From: Ramazzottius varieornatus
Taxonomy: Eukaryota > Animalia > Tardigrada
Reading direction: 5' to 3'
Assembly: GCA_001949185.1 (NCBI GenBank)
Contig: BDGG01000012.1
Coordinates: forward strand, 736,973 to 800,972
DNA length: 64,000 bases
Shown: positions 58,981-64,000 of the stretch, piece by piece
Position numbering within the stretch: position 1 is the stretch's first letter
Layout of the letters: every line of letters starts with the position of its first letter
The notes under the pieces: generated by a model
Databases searched by the model: none
What the model was told of the DNA's origin: nothing
The model's input: the letters and a program-made list of their open reading frames with translations, nothing else
Translations under genes and position numbers: made by a program

Positions 58981-61900
58981 ATGCCTCTCACTACGGCCAC
59001 CGGGATTCTGGCGATGCTGGACGAGAAAGACCCCAAGCTGAAAGGATATGCTCTGAAATGTATGAATCGTTTGATGGAGGAATACTGGCCGGAGTTTGCC
59101 GAGTCGGAGTTCATCCGTAAGGTGGAGGTGTTCTACGAGTCCAACAACTACCCAGCGGAAGAGCGTCAGCTGGCTGCCTTGGTTGCCGCCAAGATTTACT
59201 ACAATCTGAACTCCATGGAACAAGCCCTGCACTGCGCGTTGGGAGCGGAGAACATCCTTGATCTCACAGAACGCAGCGAATTCGTTCGTACTATCCTGGC
59301 TCGATGTATCGACATGTACGTCAAGCAGCGACAGGAAGGTCCAGAGAAAAGACACGGCGACGTCCCAGGCGCTGATCCCAGATTGGAGAAACTGGTTAAT
59401 CGTCTGATCCAGCAGTGCTTCGAACATCGACAGTATCGACAAGCCATGGGTAAGTGCTCCTGATCCGTTCATGAATCTTCGTGTGGGGAAACGGAAGCGT
59501 TATCGAAACATACTGCACAGTATCTGATAGTAGTATCAGCTGGTTTTTGCGGACCTGCATACATTCGATCCATGCTGCCTACCTAGTTAGTGTATGTAGG
59601 TCCGTGAGTCAGGGTGTGTTTTATTTGAAGTGGAATTCAAGGCAGGAAACTGTCTGACGTTTCTTGCGGTGTTTTTTCCAGGTTTAGGAATCGAAGCTCG
59701 ACGTCTGGATGTCTTCGAACGAGCCATCACCGAATCTGGCGACCAGCGGGCTATGTTGGGCTACGGAATGCGTATCGCCATGACTCTGGTTCAACAACGG
59801 CAGTTCCGCTCTGATGTCTTCTCGAAGCTGGTCAGCCTGTACGTGAATATCCAGCCTCCGGACTACATCAACATGGTCCAGTGCCTTATCTTCATGGAAC
59901 GGCCGACAGAAGTTGCCGACATCCTAGCTCGTCTCCTGGAGAAGGAAGACCAGCGTCTGATGGCCTACCAGCTCGGCTTCGACCTGTACGAGAACGGCAC
60001 GCAGCAACTTCTGCATGCCATCGGCAGTGGCTTGACGGAGAAACACACTGGAGCCACCGGGAGTGTCAACGACGCTTTGGAAAAGATGGAGCTTATCCTG
60101 AGCGGACAGCTAACGATCCAGCAACACCTTCAGTTCCTCATTCGAAACAATCACACCGACTTGGTCATCCTCAAACAGACGAAAGAAACCATCCGGAACT
60201 CCGTCAGTCATAACGCAACCATCATCTCGAACGCCTTCATGAACTGCGGAACGACTTCCGATATCTTCCTTAGGTACGATCTTCTCCCGAATATACAGTG
60301 TACGACAAAATAAACCTTCAAAAATGGGCGGAGCGTCTTAAATACGGACGAGGAGTCACAATCATTGTTAAGCCACTGCGCAAATTTGATTCGCTGTGTC
60401 CAGCTGGTTTCATTGACACCCATTTTGAAAGCTTGTTTTGTCTTGCACTGTATTTCGTATTTTTGTACCGTAAGTGATAGGTTTTTCTTATAGAGACAAT
60501 TTGGAATGGTTGGGCCGCGCTACCAATTGGGCCAAGTTCTCCGCAACAGCAAGCCTCGGTGTCATCCACCACGGTCACGAGAAGGACGCCCTCAAGCTCA
60601 TGTCGACTTACCTGCCTAAAGACGCCGGAGCAGGTTCGTATGCCGAAGGCGGAGGTCTCTACGCCCTCGGTCTTATCCACGCTAACCACGGTTCAGAGCA
60701 GATCATCGACTACCTCCAGGAACAACTCAAAGCAGCCAACAATGAAATGCTGCGCCACGGTGGCTGCTTAGGTCTCGGACTAGCCGCCATGTCCACTTAC
60801 CGTGACGACTTGTACGAGCTTCTCAAATCGAACTTGTTCCAAGATGACGCCATCACGGGCGAAGCCGCTTCCGTAGCTATGGGTCTGGTCATGTTAGGTT
60901 CTGGCAACTCGAAAGCGGTAGAAGATATGGTGACATACGCGCATGAGACTCAGCACGAGAAGATCTTGAGAGGGTTAGCCATCTCGTTGGCTCTAGTCAT
61001 GTTTGGGCGTATGGAGGAAGCTGATCCGCTTATCCAGCAATTGATGGATGACAAGGATCCGATTATGCGTCGGTGCGCCATGTATACCATCTCCATGGCG
61101 TACTGTGGTAGTGCAAACAACGAAGCCATTCGGAAGTTGCTGCATGTGGCGGTGTCGGATACCGATAACGATGTGCGACGTTCGGCGGTGTTGGGTATCG
61201 GCTTTCTGCTGTTCAGACACCCCGACCAGTGTCCCGGGGCTGTGGACCTGTTGGCGGAGAGCTACAACCCGCATGTGAGATATGGAGCAGCCATGGCGTT
61301 AGGGCTGGCTTGTGTTGGTACCGGAAGTCGCGAAGCTATTGGGATTTTGGAACCAATGTTGAACGATACGGTGAACTATGTCCGTCAAGGTACATCAGGG
61401 TTTCTTGTGAGAGTTGTGGAACCGATTGATGATGTCACTGACTGGTGATGTCTTTGGCTTTCAGGAGTGTACATTGCTTCCGCTATGATCCTGATGCAGC
61501 ATAACGAGGAAACCGCGCCAAAGTCCAAGGAGTTCCGCGAGAAGTTCCGCAAAGCCATCGAAGACAAGCACGAGGATGTGATGGCCAAATACGGAGCCAT
61601 CATCGCTCAGGGTATCATTGACGCCGGTGGTCGCAATGTAACCATTTCCCCACAAACTCGAACTGGACATACGTCTTTACCTACCGTGGTCGGCCTCTTT
61701 ATCTTCACTCAGTTCTGGTAAATACCGAGCAGCAATCAGAAAATGGGGCTTACGCAAACGAACTCGACAAAATCGTTTCTTCAAGCGACGCACGCCGTCA
61801 GCCGATAACGCTGAAACCGTGCGCCATTTGGGAAAATATCGTACCAAGACTGCTTGCTGAGCTCTGAAGTGTGTTTCAGCCTGATCTATATTTATATTGG

Positions 61901-62535
61901 CTTGCGAATCTATTTGCAGGTACTGGTTCCCTTTCGCCCACTTCCTCTGCATGTCCTTCACCCCAACCTGTCTGATCGCTTTGAACAAAGACTTGAAGAT
62001 GCCCAAGATTAGCTTCAAATCTGCTGCCGATCCCAAGAAGTTCGCCTATCCTCCGCCCGTCGAAGAGAAGAAGACCACCACTCAAGACAAGGTCCAGACT
62101 GCCGTCCTGAGTATCACGGCTAAACAGCGACGTAAAGATGAGTTGAAGGAAAAGAAGCTGAAAGACGAACAAAGTGTGGACAAGATGGACATTGACGAGG
62201 AGAGGCCTGCTGAAGAAAGCAAGACAGCGGAGGAAAAGACAGAAGACAAGGCCGGTGCGGAGGGGGAGAAGATGGAGGAAGTCCCAGCCGATCACGAGAT
62301 CTTGCCTAACCCAGCCCGCGTCATGCACGCACAGTTGCGCGTAATGAGCTTTGCCGAAGAGACTCGGTATCGACCCTTAAAGCCGATTACCACGGGAGGG
62401 ATCATTCTGCTGGCTGACACCAGTTCGGACCCGGAGGATATCGTGGAGAACTTGGCGGCTTCTGGTCCAAAGTACGAAGGGGATGACCAAGAACCTTCGC
62501 CTCCCGAGCCTTTTGAATATGTGGAAACTGATTAA
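58981..62535 (+). CDS. PSMD1: 26S proteasome regulatory subunit Rpn2
   Basis: [28 protein letters not shown]; PC repeats; [13 protein letters not shown]; ILPNPARVM; [10 protein letters not shown]. Confidence 0.97.
60296..60450. mobile_element. Tc1/mariner-type MITE in a PSMD1 intron
   Basis: TA|CAGTGTACGACAAAATAAACCTTCAAAAATGGG ... CCCATTTTGAAAGCTTGTTTTGTCTTGCACTG|TA, with CAGTG termini and a TA target-site duplication. Confidence 0.8.
61745..61865. repeat. Intronic palindrome family copy, PSMD1 intron
   Basis: GCAAACGAACTCGACAAAATCG..CAAGCGACGCACG..CGTGCGCCATTTGGGAAAA. Confidence 0.75.
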
Positions 62536-62837
62536 TAGTTTGCTGTTTTGTAATGATAATCTTTGGACGTGCAAGAGTCAGTAAAGATGTCCCATTTTCG
62601 GTCTGGATTTTTCACTGATGGTTAATAACTTAATTTTCATCTCGAATTTATACTTGTCTACCATCCATAAAATTCACCAAGGTACAGTCAACACGATGTT
62701 CCAAGTATACACAGGAGTGAACTTTATGTTATGACATTGTGTCAGAACGAATCGCCCGGCTCCGTCAGAAAAAGGTAGTCAAAGTAACGATAGAATCCAA
62801 ACAGACAGAAAATAATTAGAAGAATAATCAGACGAAA

Positions 62838-64000
62838 CTATTCTCGATCACCAGTAGCAGCTACTGCATGTTCCATGCCATACACCATTTCTTCCTTGTT
62901 GATCAAATGATTAGTCTGATTAATCATCTCCATGAGTTTCGAGACATTTCCGGCCCACTCATCCAGAGTAGCATTGACGTTCTTCTGCGGCCGGAAAACG
63001 ATCGTACCTTCTGGTCTGTCAATTCGTGCAAAGATGGTCCTCTTCGTCACCTGTAAAGTTCATTCTTGACCATTAATTGTCTGATGAAACATTCGTAATC
63101 TGGTGCAAGCGCATAGTCAGACTCACCAGTTTGCCGATATATTCTTCAGCTTCGAAGGAATCGAGACTCAAAAGCTGAGAGAGACGATTGACGGAGATCT
63201 TAGCGTAGTACAAAGCCATGATGCGGATATTGTGCTCTATGACTCTCTGACGAAGGTGTTCCCAGCGTTTAGGCCCATCAGTGGCATCAGGCTGGAAGAC
63301 GTAGACGGCAGGGAGAGCTGGGGTACCTTTACGCAGAGGACCTTCTAACTCGGCGGCGAATACGGTCCACTGGATGACTTCTGCCGTGACGAAGAGTTTC
63401 AAAAATTTCCTGCAAGTACATCAATATTATGGTTAGCAGGCATCGCGTTAACCCTGCAAGCATCGAGGAACGCTTGTACTGTCAGGTCTCGACGGTTTTC
63501 TATGTCGTAAGTTTCTTACTTGTATACAGGAATATCGTCCAGCTTCTTCTCGAGCGACAGCCTGTGCATCATGTCCGATTGCTCGTTGTCGTACGGAGCG
63601 AGCAAAAGGTAAGAAATCATGCACTGCAGGGCCTAGAATACAAAGGCATTATCAAAATAATCCCGAATTCAAGCCAAAATTTAAACAGTATTCTTTTGCG
63701 CGACACAAGACTGTTCCTACCAACCTGGAGCGAATCCACCTGACTCTCTTGGACTTTTTTAGTGGTGTAGATAGCGTTGTAGTGTCGAGCCACGCTAATG
63801 TACTTTTCGTCGTGCTCATCCAGCTCGATCATCAGCTTGTAGTACTTCAGCTTCAGATCCTGTAAACATAAAGTGCGTGAAGCGCGCATTCGTCCAGACG
63901 GCGGCCTTATAGCAAGTTTCTGCAGTTTATTATTCGGCTTACCTGATTTGCCTCGTCGTCGAAGAACCTTGTGCTAATCTTTCGACTAATAATCTGCGTA
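62838..64000 (-). CDS. PSMD12: 26S proteasome lid subunit Rpn5 (3' part; 5' end lies beyond the window)
   Basis: LKLKYYKLMIELDEH; LLLAPYDNEQSDM; RVIEHNIRIMALYY; FARIDRPEG; TNHLINKEEM. Confidence 0.95.

Noticed and set aside
6196-61865. CRISPR-like or introner interpretation of the repeated palindromes
   Set aside because: Copies are dispersed rather than arrayed with regular spacers, and no cas genes are present. Element ends do not coincide with splice sites, so they are not intron-generating introners in the strict sense.
1-64000. Horizontally acquired bacterial gene or prokaryotic system
   Set aside because: All recognisable genes are eukaryotic and mostly spliced, and I saw no bacterial-type ORF or operon.

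Overview
Compact, gene-dense, intron-rich animal genomic DNA with many 60-90 nt introns. It is not prokaryotic. The style is most consistent with a tardigrade such as Ramazzottius (inference). I can support about 20 spliced or intronless protein genes: BUD31, CAMSAP/patronin, a Myb/SANT-like AT-hook factor, TTC5, TBL3/UTP13, a small orphan ORF, UTP25, a ~1,900-aa orphan coiled-coil protein, RSRC2, a divergent calcineurin B, DNAAF6/PIH1D3 (not visible as one ORF in the track), a two-Tudor protein, an SDS3/BRMS1-like protein, UBE3B, SMARCB1, RalGPS, an NME5-like pseudokinase with a repeat tail, an ING protein, PSMD1 and partial PSMD12. There is also an initiator tRNA-Met, a decayed mariner transposon and several MITE-like inverted repeats. 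The most striking structure is a family of ~110-200 bp palindromes (core AAGTGGCGCAC...GTGCGCCACTT, ends GGACGTCGGCAAA...TTTGCCGACGTCC). I found 17 copies, all inside introns of 12 different genes and none intergenic. Exon boundaries were inferred by eye from GT-AG sites and frame continuity, and gene names come from recognised motifs, not database searches.
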